From: Cyanophora paradoxa CCMP329
Lineage: Eukaryota; Plantae; Glaucophyta
Length of the DNA stretch: 64,000 bases
Assembly: GCA_004431415.1 (NCBI GenBank)
Contig: QPMI01000392.1
Location: 1-64,000 of the forward strand
Direction of reading: 5' to 3'
In this document: one piece after another, positions 11,337-23,734 of the stretch
Numbering within the stretch: the stretch's first letter is position 1
Layout: every line of letters starts with the position of its first letter
Made by a program: the position numbers and the translations under genes
Notes under the pieces: generated by a model
What the model was told of the DNA's origin: nothing
The model's input: the letters and a program-made list of their open reading frames with translations, nothing else
Databases searched by the model: none

Positions 11337-13076
11337 TCAGTCGGCCTCCTCGTCCTCGATTGCGCTCGCGTGGGAGACTCCGGGCTCGCCCCGCCGCCGC
11401 CGCTTGCTTCGCCACGCTCCGCCGCCGTCGCCGCCGCCGCCCCCCGTCCTGCCGGCGGGGCCCTCGGGTCGAGAGAGAGAGCGCGCGCGCACGAGGGAAA
11501 CGGGGGAAAGAGGGGCACGCACGTCGCGTCGCGGGGCGCCCTCGCAGCCGCCAGCTCGTCGCCGCTTCTGCGCCCCGCCCCCGGCCTTTCCGTCGGCGCG
11601 CGGCCGCGTCGTGGGCGCGCCGCGATCGCCCGCCGCACCGGAGGGCGACGAGTTGCGCGTCGGACATCTCGAGCCACCGCTGCGCCCCGGGCTGCCTGCC
11701 GCTGCTCGGGGGCGTCGGGGCTCAGCCGGGGGGCAAGGGCGAGAGCGGGGGACGGGCGCACGGGTCCGGGGCGGGCCAGCCGAGGCGGCGGGCGACGAGG
11801 ACGACGAGGGCGACGACGGCGTCGCGGTCCATCTCGAGGACCTCGTCCGCCGGCGCCTCGGCCGGTAGGTGCCGCAGCGCAAACTGCCGGATGTCCTCCG
11901 TCCCGCGCCGGAAAAAGCTCCTGGAGGAGTACGTCTGCGCCCTGCGCGCGACGGCGGGGTCGGTCGGACGGCGGCGGCGGCGGCGGTGGTGGGGGGAGCG
12001 CCCCCACGGCCCCCGCTGCGCACGCGTGCTCGGGATCGACGACGCCGCCCGCCTCGATCCGCCTCGCGGCCCTGCGGCGGCAGGGGGACGTCTCGGGGCG
12101 GCCCGGCGGGTCGTGAGGGGATGCGAGGCCGCGAGCTCACTCGGCCGCCGCGAGGAATCGCTCCGGCAGAGGATCGCTGCCGCGCGCGGGCGTCGGGGTC
12201 GGTCGGGGCGGGCGAACGAGGGGGAGGGGGGCGGCGGCGGCCGGGCGCACCAGTGGGAGACGTCGAGGCCGCGCTCGGCGCAGAGGCGCGCGGCGAGGGC
12301 GCGGAGGGGGAGGAGGTCCCGCAGCTCGGCCGCCTGCTCCCCGGCGCCCAGCGAGGCGAGGAGCTTGAGCAGCCTCCCCCGGTCCCGAAAAGCGTCCCGC
12401 CGGACGGGGCGCGGGGCCGGCGTCCCGGCCGCGGCCCCGTCGGGGGAGCGCGGCGGCGGCGAGGCCGGGGCGTCGGGAGGCCCGAAGAGGCGGCGCACGG
12501 CGGCCGGCTCGATCGGCTCGGCGGTGCGCACGAGCCGGCCGGTCCGGGGGCACCGCTGGGCGGGGGCCGCCTCGTCAAAGACGTGCGCCGGCGCCCCGTC
12601 TCCCCCGTCCCCGCCGCAGGCCGGGCACGGGGCGCCCGGGACGGCGAGCGCGAGCGCCGCGAGGCCCGCCACCAGCCGGCTCCCGCGCGGGCGCCCCGCG
12701 AGCTTGCGGCGCACCGCCGGCTCGCGCAGCAGGCGCGCAGCTGCGCGCGGAGCGCGGGCGTCGGCTGGGGGCGGTCGGCCGGGGTCGGGAGCGGGCGGGG
12801 CGCACCCAGGTCGATGTGCCGGCATAGGACGACGGCGCAGGCAGCGCGCTGCTCGCCGGAGAGCTCCGCCACGCCCTCCTGCGGCTCAATCGGCACGGGG
12901 GGCGACTCGGCGATGGGCCGGCGTGCGGGCCGCACCGGCAGGAGCGCGGGGCCCACGGCGGAGACCGCGCGGGCGTGCGCCGCGCGGACGGCGTCGGCGG
13001 TGGCCTCGCCGGCGTCCTCGAGCCCCAGCAGGATCACCGGGCTGCCGATGTCGAACCCCCAGGCGTCCGGCTCCAT
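11337..13076 (-). CDS. Multi-exon gene of unknown function with a CxxC motif (CPAC)
   Basis: ATG 13076 with TATATA ~13105; a GTGCGC..CAG intron at 12805-12765 joins ORF 11337-13139 in frame to ORF 11722-12825; further likely introns ~12250-12178, ~11761-11703, ~11522-11449; 3' end uncertain. Confidence 0.55.
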   Translation of the reverse strand: MEPDAWGFDIGSPVILLGLEDAGEATADAVRAAHARAVSAVGPALLPVRPARRPIAESPPVPIEPQEGVAELSGEQRAACAVVLCRHIDLGAPRPLPTPADRPQPTPALRAQLRACCASRRCAASSRGARAGAGWWRASRRSRSPSRAPRARPAAGTGETGRRRTSLTRRPPPSGAPGPAGSCAPPSRSSRPPCAASSGLPTPRPRRRRAPPTGPRPGRRPRAPSGGTLFGTGGGCSSSSPRWAPGSRRPSCGTSSPSAPSPRASAPSAASTSPTGAPGRRRPPPPRSPAPTDPDARARQRSSAGAIPRGGRVSSRPRIPSRPAGPPRDVPLPPQGREADRGGRRRRSRARVRSGGRGGAPPTTAAAAAVRPTPPSRAGRRRTPPGAFSGAGRRTSGSLRCGTYRPRRRRTRSSRWTATPSSPSSSSSPAASAGPPRTRAPVPRSRPCPPAEPRRPRAAAGSPGRSGGSRCPTRNSSPSGAAGDRGAPTTRPRADGKAGGGAQKRRRAGGCEGAPRRDVRAPLSPVSLVRARSLSRPEGPAGRTGGGGGDGGGAWRSKRRRRGEPGVSHASAIEDEEAD

Positions 13077-13915
13077 CCCGGCGGAGCTCCCATCAACCAA
13101 CGGCGTATATACGTACCCGGCGCGAGCGAAAAAACTCAATCAAAGCCACCAACCGTCATCAACTTGCCATGCAACTCGAGCTCGCAATTACGTATACGCA
13201 CCGGTACGCAGGTGCGCCCGTCCGGTCCGGCCGCATAAGAGCCCGCATTGCCAGCGCGGCTCAGACAGCTATCAGGCTAGTTTAGCCTAGCTAGCTTTCT
13301 ACAGTCTTTCACGTTTCCGCGACTCCGGCCGCGGGCCCTAGCTATAGGCCTCGGCAGCTGCAGCTTCTTCGGCACGGTCGGATCGTCGGACCGTACCGTG
13401 CCGCCCATGGCCAGCCGTGGCCGCGGGAGCGGGATCCGCCCACGGTTTATCTCTCTGGAGACCGGAATGGAGAGCATTTCGACCGAGTCTAGCGTGCGCG
13501 GCCGCCCCCCAGCCGCGTCCAGACACTCGCCCGCTGCCGACCGCGGCCTGCGTGGCCCGCGTGGGGCCCGGGGTCACGACCGCAACCCATGAGTCGAGAA
13601 TTCTACTAGCTATAGGCTAAAGCCGTCCGATCGTACGCGTGCCGGCCGCGGGCGCCCGGCCGCGGGCGTGCTGGCAACGTTGACGGGCCGGGGCCACCGT
13701 GGCACGCGCTGGCGTCTTCATGCTAATTATATAAGCAGCAGCGCTATATGCATACACCATACGCATAATACAGCTAGCACGACCGCGGGCTCGATCCTCT
13801 TGTCGGCGCGCCCATATACATGGCCATGACCAGCGACATCATCATGATCATGATCATTATAATTAGCGATATCGATATCGATGCCCGGGCCCGGGCAGAG
13901 CATGATCACTGAGTC

Positions 13916-15339
13916 ATGACCAGCGCACGAACCCGGGACGCCGCGCCCGCAGCCGACCTCGGGCTCGGGCTCAAACTCACGTACGACTCGCGCGCGCAGG
14001 CAAGCTTAAGGCCAATGTCCGCCGCGCGGGAGTACGAGCCGGCCGCGGGTGGCCTTGATCGTGATCGTGATCGTGATCATGGTCATGATCATGAGCTCGA
14101 GCCTGCCCCGGCAGGCGCCGCGGCCACGCGCACGGGAGTCGGCGCCGGCGTCGACGTCGGCCACGCGTACGGGAGCCCGAGCGATCGCGATCGCGAGCTG
14201 GATCTCTGCCGGGGCCCTCTGGGACCCCTGGCCATCTTTGTGGACGGTAACCCGTCTTCCCAAGAGGCTGCTCGCGAGGCCTTCTTGGAGAGGTCCGCGA
14301 GCCCGCCTCGTTTTATTCATATTTAAACTCTGCCTCGTGACCTTGCGCTATAGAACTTGACTGACCTTCTTCTTGCATGCCCGCGGCCAGGACGACGCTG
14401 CTGAAGCAGAACGAGATGCAGTGGCCCGCGGACCAGCCCGTACCCTCCAGCATCTGGCCCCTCGGCACGGACCCGGGCCTGGCCGCGGACCTGCTGCTCT
14501 GGAGGTGCCCCCGCGAGTCCGACGAGAACCTCCAGCGCGAGGTGGATACCATCTACGCGCTGTGCACCAAATCGCTCGGCGATCCGACGGTGCCAGAGGG
14601 GACCGTCGGAATCAACCTCGGCGTGCTCGCCGGCTTGGACATGGAGCTCGCTTTCGTCATCGAGAGCTCGCCCCTCGCCGCCGCCGCCTTTGCCGGCGAC
14701 GAGGCGCGTGTCGGCGAGCTCCTTGCCGAGCTCAAAGGCGGAGGCGGCCGCGGGGTCGAAGCCGGCGCCGACGGCCGCGCTGAGCTCGAACTCGAGACCG
14801 CAGACGGCGCCGGTGGCGGCGGGGACGCGGCGGCGTCGCCGCATTGCGCCACTAAGCCCAGCCTCGATCTCGCCCTCGCCGCCGCTGCCGCGGGGGGGCG
14901 GTCGGCCATCGTCGCCCGCCTCCTGGACATGGGGGCGGACCCCAACGCGGGGCTGGGTCGGGCCCTCCTCCTCGCAGTGTTTGGCGGATCCTACGCTCGC
15001 GGCCGCAGGTGGGATGCGAACGTTGGCAAGTCTCTGTACGGCCGCATCGGCGACTACCTGCAGACCGTGGAGGCGCTCGTACAGCGCGGTTCCTGTCCCC
15101 TCTACCGCGGGGGCCTCTCCGTCGCCCTTGTCACGGGATACAGAGCCCGCACAGACTTTAAACGGGATGACCGCTGGGGCATGAACTCCGACGTTATCGA
15201 TCTGAAAGATGTTGAGCACCTCGTCTCCACCCTCGTTGGCGCCGCGTCTCGCTGTGCATGCTCCAGCGAGCGCAAGCGTGCGCTCGGCCCCGATCCTGGT
15301 GCGCATGCGAGTCTTGCGCGCACCTTCACTTGCAACTAG
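13916..15339 (+). CDS. Ankyrin-repeat-containing protein, exons 13916-14292 and 14391-15339 (may continue downstream)
   Basis: Intron 14293-14390 (GT, CTGAC branch, pyrimidine tract, CAG) joins the two ORFs in frame; LALAAAAAGGRSAIVARLLDMGADPN is an ankyrin-type repeat. Confidence 0.65.
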
Positions 15340-15945
15340 TACTCTGGATCTAGATCTCTTAGAGCTTTCAATTAAATCGATCGCATACCGGGGTCACCAA
15401 CCCGATTAATACTGTTATTGCGTATGCCGCAGTGCACGCGCGTGCTGACGTGCGCGTGATCGTAGGGTCGAACTCCGAGTCCGCCAGCGCTGCGCACGTA
15501 TACGTACATGTGCATGCCGAGCGTGATCGTGTGCATGGGTGCGACGCGATTGGACGCGATTGGCTCTCCAATCCGCGCGAGATCTCTGTCGGTTCGCCTT
15601 TTTTCAGAGAGTGCTGTCGCTAATTATCCAAATTAAATCTAGATGTACGCATATATATAGCAAATTTCATTGCAGTGTTCGTACCAAAAACCTCCTTTGT
15701 ATTAACATTTCTGTCATCATGTTTAGATCCGACGCTCTCCAGAACCCAATTTTAATCTAAATCTAGAAACACTTTCGGCCCACCTTCGATTTCCTCGTAT
15801 GATATACGAACCATCCACACTCGAAATCTATAATTGCATTTGCAAATTTAAATGCAATTGCGATTCCTCACACGAATGTAATACATGATCCTCCTCTTTA
15901 AAATCGATGAATTCGAATTCGAATCCGAAGTGACTCGGAGCTGCA

Positions 15946-18506
15946 GTGCGCAAAGTTGACACAGTGGGAGGCTGGCCTATCTACGTGCATCATCCCGTGA
16001 AGCTTGCCGTTACATTCTGTCAGAAGGATATCTTGCCCTTGCTGAGCGACCGCGTTGACTTTCGGCCGCGGGAGGTCGATGACCAGCTCTCAATGCATGC
16101 GGACAATCGCACCGCCCTTCCAGGAAGTGCTCTTGATCAAATCGCAGGAGCTTTCCTCTTCGCGAGCCGCGACCAATATCCTCCGATTTTCTCACAGTGT
16201 TGTATTGGAAAATCCCAAAATGGCTCAGGCCTCGAGAGTCTCACCCATGTTGCTTCCGAGGACGATTTGGTCGTTCGCGCCAATTATCTCGAACTTGGCC
16301 CCCCTACAGCGAATGATTGGACTCTGAAAGTTTCCAAGTACCCTCACCAACGTCGTCCATGCCTTGCCTTGGTCCACCTGAGCTATTCTCTGGTGCCGGC
16401 ACTCGCTTCCACTTTCTTTCACACCTCGTTTAGACATCGATTTGACGCGCGTATCCATATGCGCAGTTCCGTCGAATGGAGTTTGCACCGCATCCGTCAG
16501 ATACAATTGCAAAGGAGGCTCCCGCGGGCCCGGCTCGTAGCCGTGGGGTTGGGTGGCGGGATCCCGAGCAGGTGCACGCGCGCGCGCATTTGCGTCGCAC
16601 TTGGTCGATATACACCTCACATATAAACCGTTTGCGCTTGGAGTCGCAGCTCCGCCGCGATCGCGAAAAAGAGCTGGTCAAGAAGTGGCAAAATAACATC
16701 TTTCCACTTCTTTTGGAGGCGTTGCGGCGCGGTTTCCCGCTGACTGCGGATCTTCTGAAGTGTTCTATTCTAACAAATCATCTCGAGCTGAACAATCCGC
16801 TCGCCTTCAACAAGATCCTCGCATGCATCTCAGAGGCTACGTCGGACGAGTTTCTCCACGATGCCCAGGAGCTGGACGCGTTTCTGGGATGGCTGGCGGC
16901 CGGTTGGTTAATGCACCGAACGTCTGCCACCGAAGAGCTCGGCTGGAGAATTCCGACGGGCATGCCAGCTTCCACGTTTGTATCTCTTCTCGAGACTATT
17001 TCCAGCAAGCTGCTGATTCGAACTGAGATCAACGGCCACAACATACTCGGATGCGTTGAACTCACCGCCCTGGGTCGAATACTCTCGTGGAACGCCAACG
17101 GTATCAACGGGCTGAAATCGAAGCTTCAAATGCGAGCTTCGGCGCCCGCCGCAATCCTAGGCCTAGGCCTGCAACCGGAGCTGGAACTAAGCAAAGCCGG
17201 AACATCGGGTGCGCTATATATACCGATCATGATTCGCGATCGAACACCGCGGATATCACGTGCACCACGTGCACGTCCAGAATTAGCATTAACAATTACA
17301 ATGGATCAGACCTCACAATTCCTGTTTGACTGTGCAACTTAAACAGATGCATGTGTCCATTGCGCGCCATACATATATATATATACATATATAGATATAG
17401 ACACCTCCTTTGATTATCAAAATCTGAAACCGCTTGCGAACGAACAGGCGACGCGCTTCTCGGGTTGCAACTCGTCCTCGTGCGTCTCATCAATGAAGCA
17501 TCTTCCGGAGACTTCGCTCTCCTCTTGTCGCTTCTCCGCCAACATTCAAAGGCGCGTTCAAAGTACCGACAACGTTCTCACCATATGCACGAGCACCCGC
17601 TGATTATAATTAGTAACATGAATAAGCACGGTTGCGGGATTGTTGCGATACTTCGTCATACTATTTATAATTTATACGCATCGCATGCGCAATCCTCGCG
17701 ATCGGCCTGTGGCCGGTCGCGGAGGGCGTTCGATATGCAAGTTCCGCGAACGTTATAATCAGTTTACGCACTGCTTCTGTCACAATATCGATCGCTAACT
17801 TGCAATCGCAACCGCGAATTGGCAGGAATTCATCGATGTCGAAGTACCCGCCATCAAACTGCGATACAGCGGCGACCGGCAACCTACCTACCGCTATAAA
17901 AAGCGCCTCTTGACTGTTGCTGCGGAGGATCTCGTCAATGCGGTGGAGGACTTCTACGACGAAAGGTTCGCGCATGGATTTGGGAGCATCAGCACTGGCG
18001 TTGCCAGACGCGTGGAATGCCTCGTTTCCATCGTCGCGTGTCTCGTCTCGGCGGGCGCCACGATCTGCGAGAACGACTCCGAGCTCTTATCTCGCGGCCT
18101 CGTCCGCGAAACTCTCCTTCAGATTCGTACTGCAGCCGGCGGAACTTCCATCGTCGATCCCATCGACATCCGGTCCATTCAACGTGCCGCCGCGCCGCTC
18201 TCCGCATCGAAATCGTTCAACTATGAATCGCAATCGAATCCTTCCGGGTACTGGCAGTCGAAACACTTCGCCTGCGAGATGATGGACGCTCACTCGCGAC
18301 GATCGGGCTGGCACTACGAAGGAGGCTTGAAATTGTTCGACGATCTACCGGCAGGTCGTCGTGCTCTGGAGACGATGATCCGAGAGCACAGCGCCACCAC
18401 CTTTGGCAAGTTCGTCGAAGATCTTCTCAAGCCTCACCTCGGTCCGTGTGGCGCCCATCGCTATCAAGTTAACGTTGGCGCTTATATTGAAATAGATATC
18501 GATTAA
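15946..18506 (+). CDS. Probable multi-exon coding region(s), unknown function
   Basis: Globular-looking ORF blocks 15946-16370, 16620-17130 and 17910-18506 separated by AT-richer intron-like stretches; exon joins not resolved. Confidence 0.35.
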
Positions 18507-18635
18507 TGTTAATGTGCATAGCGGTTACGTGATTGCTATAATTGTTCAGCTACTCAGTGCTAGCTCTATATATATATGTATACATATGCATTTCATGCAT
18601 ATGTGTATATATGGAGAATCTAAATTTAAAGCTCT

Positions 18636-21226
18636 ATGGTGGTGCCGTTTTATCTTCTGAAGCTTACAGCGTTTCGGGCCGCAGATGCAGCCCTCGTCCA
18701 GGCCCGTCTTCCGAGTCGGCCGCCGGTCCAGGTTTCGGAGAGGGACGGAGGCGATCACGACATCCAGCGGTCGCTGGAGCTCAGGCCTCTAAGTTCGATG
18801 GATCCTCCGACCCGCGCTGCGCTGACCTCGGCCCGCATGCGGGCCAAGCACCTCTCGACGGTCGACGACAAGACGGTGACAGCTTGCCCGCTCTGTGCCG
18901 ACCAGTTCGACGATATGCTCGGCAACCCCATCGCAAACTACGTGATCGTGCACGTGCATCACCCCAGCGAAAAAGGGTCACGTGCACAGGCTCACGTCTT
19001 GTGCTTGGAGCACTGTCGGGAGGCGGTCCAGATCGAGCTCAAGGTGCGCTCTTCTAACATTGCAAGGGGCATCTCCGAGCCCCCCGGGCCGATCGCGACC
19101 GCAAATGTAAACGTTGACTACGTAATCGTGTGCGCAGAAGGAAAAAAGCTCCGGCCCGCTCGGCTCGGAAATCAGAATCAAGTGCCATTGCACGTTAGAG
19201 GTGCCGTTGAGCGCCCTCTGGCTTCCAGATGGAGTGGCCATCGAGGACCTCGTCTCGCCCCCGCCAACCGCCGCGACCATTCACGTCGACGGCGGTCACG
19301 CTGCCTCATCTGTGCATGCACCCTCGAGCGATCGCGGGGGCGATCCAAAGTCGGTGCGCGCACCCGCGTGCATCAGATACCGCTGCGCGCCCCGCCGACG
19401 CCACGTCGTCCGCACGCACGCGCCTCCAGCTCTCGTCGGGCTCGAAAGCGCCGACTTGGTCGGCGTTCTTGGCGATCGACATCGACCCGGCTGCAAGCGT
19501 CGCCGAGGCCGCGGAGCGGATCGAGCGGCAGGCTCGGAAGGCTGTCAGGTCGCGCCTCGAGGCGTTCCTGAAAGAAAAGCTCGAGCACGCCCGCACGCGC
19601 ATCCAGGACTCCAGCTGCGAAGTCACCGAGCCCGACGTCATGATGGCGGTAGAGCTCGGAGTGCGCGGGGACATTGATCCCGCGCTCAGCATGGCGCTGG
19701 TGGCTTTCTACGGCTTCATGCAGGCTATAGCTACAAAGGGAGCCGACGCCGACGGCATCGCCGACGCAAGCGTGCGCCGGCACCAAAGCCAGCACCAGCG
19801 CCCTAGGCCGCTCGGTGGCCGAATCATCAATGTCTCACGCGTGCGTGCATGGATTACTTTTGCGTAGATCTCGAAACCTGTTGGAAGCACGCGGGCGGAT
19901 GTCGGTGGTGGGGGCGGCGGAAACAACGATCGCGAGGGCCCCGGTCCAGGTGCGTTGCGCAATCCGTCGAATTCAATGGGCGGACGGATTTCTGGGGTCG
20001 AATCGGATGAAACATGTCCACTTATCTGCGTTCACATTCGATATCATGGATGGATATCTAGCTCTCGTTGTCGCAATAAATTTGAAACGAGGCACGTGCA
20101 CCTGCTGATCCACATAATCCCCCCGTATTCGCAGGAACCAACGAAGATTTACGGGGCTGCGGAAGCGTAGGGGGCGACAAGCCGTTGTCGCAGACCTACC
20201 TGAATCGGCGGGGCTGCTTAACCATGTGGGCCTGTGCGCAAGCCCTGGCACCGCTGAAGGCCAAGCTCTCCATATCTGGCAGCAAGTGGGAGAGCGCCGA
20301 GGAGGACATGGACCGGTACTACTCTATCCGCTTCACGTATTCCGTCGCTGGGCGCTCCCACAACTTTGGCGACCTCGTCGGAGCGCCGTCGACCGATCTT
20401 GATCCCGTGGAGCCTTGGCCGGATGCCGGAGCCGCGGCCGTGGCCGGCTCTGTATCGTCCTCCACCGCGCCCGACGCGACATCTAGGGAGGGGGCTGCCG
20501 ACGCAGAAGGCACGGGATTGACAGCTCCGGTTTCAACATTGGCAGAGGCGCCGCCATTTATGCAACAGCCTCCATTTGTGACGCCATCAACGTCCTCGCC
20601 GGCCTCTGCAGCAACGACCGCAGCTGCTCGAATTGATGTGCGCCTTCAGCTTGGCGAACTCGGAGTTCTCGTCGGCGCGCCGCTGCCGATCGCGGGAAGC
20701 GACTCTCTGCAGCTGCACCCCCCGGATCCGGCCGACCCGCGAACGCAAGATGCGGCTGCTGCTGCCGTGCCCGGCGGAGCGCAGGACTCGGGTGCAAGTC
20801 CCATCGCCCCTGCAGCTGCGCGCACAATCGACGTGGCTCTGGATTTCCACGGATCGCGATCGGTCAGCCGTATGCAAGGTGAGCTCTCCGGAAAGAGAAC
20901 CCTTCGCATTCAAGCAATCATTGATAACTTCTGATCGTGACCCCAACAACGTTAACGCACCAGATCGAGACGGGCGAATCGGCGACATGCAACATGCCTG
21001 GCGATCTGTTTGCGAACGAGCGCGCACCATCGACCATTTTCGAGTGCAAATGGCGCTGAAAGGCCACGGACGCGACCCGCCCGGCAGCCCGGAAGGGTTG
21101 TGGTGGTTCGGCCTGACAAACGATGCGCTGGAGCTCTTGCTAAGCTACGAGGAGTTAATCGCTCCGGAGCTCGGGGCCGGGGACTCGGATTCTGGCTCTG
21201 GTGAGCTCTCGATCTTGGACGATTGA
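18636..21226 (+). CDS. Probable multi-exon gene with N-terminal RING-like Zn domain
   Basis: CPLC...HVLCLEHC in ORF 18636, followed by a GTGCGC donor at ~19043; downstream helical blocks 19440-19790, 20140-20860, 20930-21226. Confidence 0.4.
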
Positions 21227-21359
21227 GCGTTCGCGCGAATCTCGGAAACTACCTAGCTACGTATAGTAATAGTCCCTTTCATCTTCATCGCCGCGCATCC
21301 AAAAACTGACTCGACAAAACGCAATATTAATCGCGCTTGGGTCCGCAGCGGTCTCGGAT

Positions 21360-22473
21360 TTCAGCTCAAATGATGATTCTGACGCCGAGCTTGAGGACGC
21401 CAATTCCCAGCAAAGCCGGAGCAGTGGTGCCGAAGTTGAAGATGTCGAATTCTCTGCCGCCGTCGAGAACCGCATACGGTTTCTGCTGCGGAAGGGGGTC
21501 GACACGCTGCACGCGGGAGCGAGCAGCTTTGGGCTCGCGAAGATCGCCGTGGAGATCTCCGAGGACGACTGCTTCCTGGCAAACGAGCTCGTGTGCCGCG
21601 GTCTTCTCGACCCGGCGGTTGGAGCCGCCATGCAGATCGCTGCGACCCGGCTGGCCATGGGGTCCCGCCTCGAGCTCTCGACGGACGTCAATCTAGCGGA
21701 CTCGGACACGGGATGCCTAGGCATGCTCTGCTTTCGCTTCCCGCCCCTGTGCTCGCGTTTGAGAGCGCACAGGTGAGCGGCCGCGGCCTACGTTGGATCC
21801 GGAGGTGCTGCTCGTCCAGCCCATGCAGATTTCGGAGACGGACGTGCCTTTCGGTGCAGGCTCCCGGTACCGGTACGCATCAAAAACCGCACTTCAGCTT
21901 TCCATCCAGACACCTTGTCTCAAAGTGCATGCACGTGCATGTTGCGTGTGCAGGTATCCGTATGGCGATGGATGCCCTGCACAGAACATTGCTGCGCGAA
22001 CGGCAGAGCTCGTAGAGGGATACGGCGTCTCAGTCAACATGCTAGGATGCTGCGAGGACATCGGCTGCCCGTGCCGCAAGGCCGGAACCGCCTGGGACTT
22101 GGCGGACGTTGCGCTTGTTGGAATCGGTGCGATCACGTTCACTTCAGAAACGCTAAAACGTTAGAGGCGCACCTCTCAATGAAAAATCGTTATTGCACAT
22201 CTCTCTCGGCAGCTCAAATGCGCCAGTGACCGTTCCCAGTATCGATCGTTTTACTGATGCGCGCACGCAGGTACGTGTGTCGTGAAGATGCAGTTTGGCG
22301 ACGAGGAGCGGGACCGAGCCATGGTGCACCATCTGCGACACAACAAAACGGCTCGTGCCGAGGTGGCGGCGATTGCGCGCGATGCCCTCGCCCGCATTGG
22401 AGTTGACACCAACCGCTGCACCATCACGGTGACGCGAGCATTTTGTGGATGTGCCGGTGCTGAGTGCGTCTAG
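21360..22473 (+). CDS. Probable multi-exon gene, unknown function
   Basis: Acidic N-terminal block, then ORF pieces 21549-21776, 21793-22164 and 22282-22473 bounded by plausible GT/AG sites. Confidence 0.3.
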
Positions 22474-22585
22474 ATCTCGGGACGCTGCGAGGCCGTGCCT
22501 TGCAATTGGCCTGGATCTATAGTTGGCTAGATCTAAAGCCCTTCTATATTCACGAAATACTCGTAACTGCGTTTACGTACTACAG

Positions 22586-23684
22586 GGCGAAACTCGACTT
22601 TCTGGGGTCGGAACGCGACGATCTGGAGCGCCAGTACATCGAAATCACGGCTCGCCTGGAGCAGCTGCGAAAGCATCAGATGGAGCTGATCGAGGCTCGC
22701 GATTCGGCCGCGCGCTCATCGCAACCGCAGCCACAGCCGCGCCTCGATCGCCAGCTGCAGAGCTCCCTGTTGGCCACTGCAGCCGAGATCAGGCAGCTAT
22801 TCGAGCGTCTGCAACAGCTCGAGGCCAAACTTCGAGACGCAGAGTCGAGGCTGCGGGAGGCTGAGACTAGGCTCGAACTTGCGGCAGCGACTGTGACCGA
22901 GCCATCTCGCGCCCCAGAGCCCGTGCCCGCGCCGGACGCAGCTGCTACGACCGCTGCGGGCCCGAGCGCCAGCCGTGGCGATGCCGTCGGCTTTGGCGGC
23001 TCACCAAGCGCGAGCGCACGCACAGCCGTGGAGCACAGCTCGACCATGACCGTCTCCGTTGCAGGAGTTGAAGGTACGGCCGTTGTGCTCCCCGTAAAGA
23101 AGCGCCGGCTCCAAGCCGGCGTTCTTGTCGTGACGTCGACGGAACGGGACGAGGGGCCGAGCTCGAGATCGCTCCGTGATCGCGTCGAACCGTACGTGTA
23201 CACGTCCCGTGCACCTAGCGCGCGCCCGCCTGTGTGTATGCAAGCCCATCGCGTTATATACTGCTGATTATGTCAAAACAAGCTCGTGCTCGGCAGGAAT
23301 TTTCCAACGTAGAGCTAACGCATGCACGGCCGCAGTGCTGGTTCTGGATCCGGTGGCCAAGGGCCCGGGCCAGCTTCCGGATCCGGTGGCCAAGGGCCCG
23401 GGCCAGCTTCCGGATCCGGATCCCGGGGTGATGCGTCGGAGGCGAAGCACACCCACGAGGCACCGCCATTCGAGGTTGAGCTTGGCGGACGCGAACGACC
23501 CATGCCAGCGGTCGCTAGTGGCGCCCACGGAGATTCCGGGACCCGAGGAGCGTCGGCATCGACGTCGATGGCGGAGGCAGAAGTATCGGCGAGCGCAATC
23601 CATGAACATATGCACGCCCCGCAACAGGACATCCAGAGCGACCCGTCGCTTGTGATTGAAAAGAGTGCGCGCATTAATGATTGA
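22586..23684 (+). CDS. Coiled-coil protein exon(s) with low-complexity tail
   Basis: Heptad-like LERQYIEITARLEQLRKHQMELIE...LFERLQQLEAKLRDAESRLREAETRLE in ORF 22464-23267; acceptor TACAG at 22585. Confidence 0.4.
23346..23417 (+). repeat. 33-bp direct tandem duplication (encodes SGSGGQGPGPA x2)
   Basis: GGATCCGGTGGCCAAGGGCCCGGGCCAGCTTCC twice in tandem. Confidence 0.9.
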
Positions 23685-23734
23685 TTCGGGCGGTTCCAAG
23701 GGAATGGCAAATCTGATAGTCCGGCCAACATAAT

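Noticed and set aside
11270-13290. Long plus-strand Arg/Gly/Ala-rich ORFs (also 4875-7187, 29418-31034, 43097-44686)
   Set aside because: Expected from stop-codon scarcity at very high GC; the opposite strand carries the credible genes
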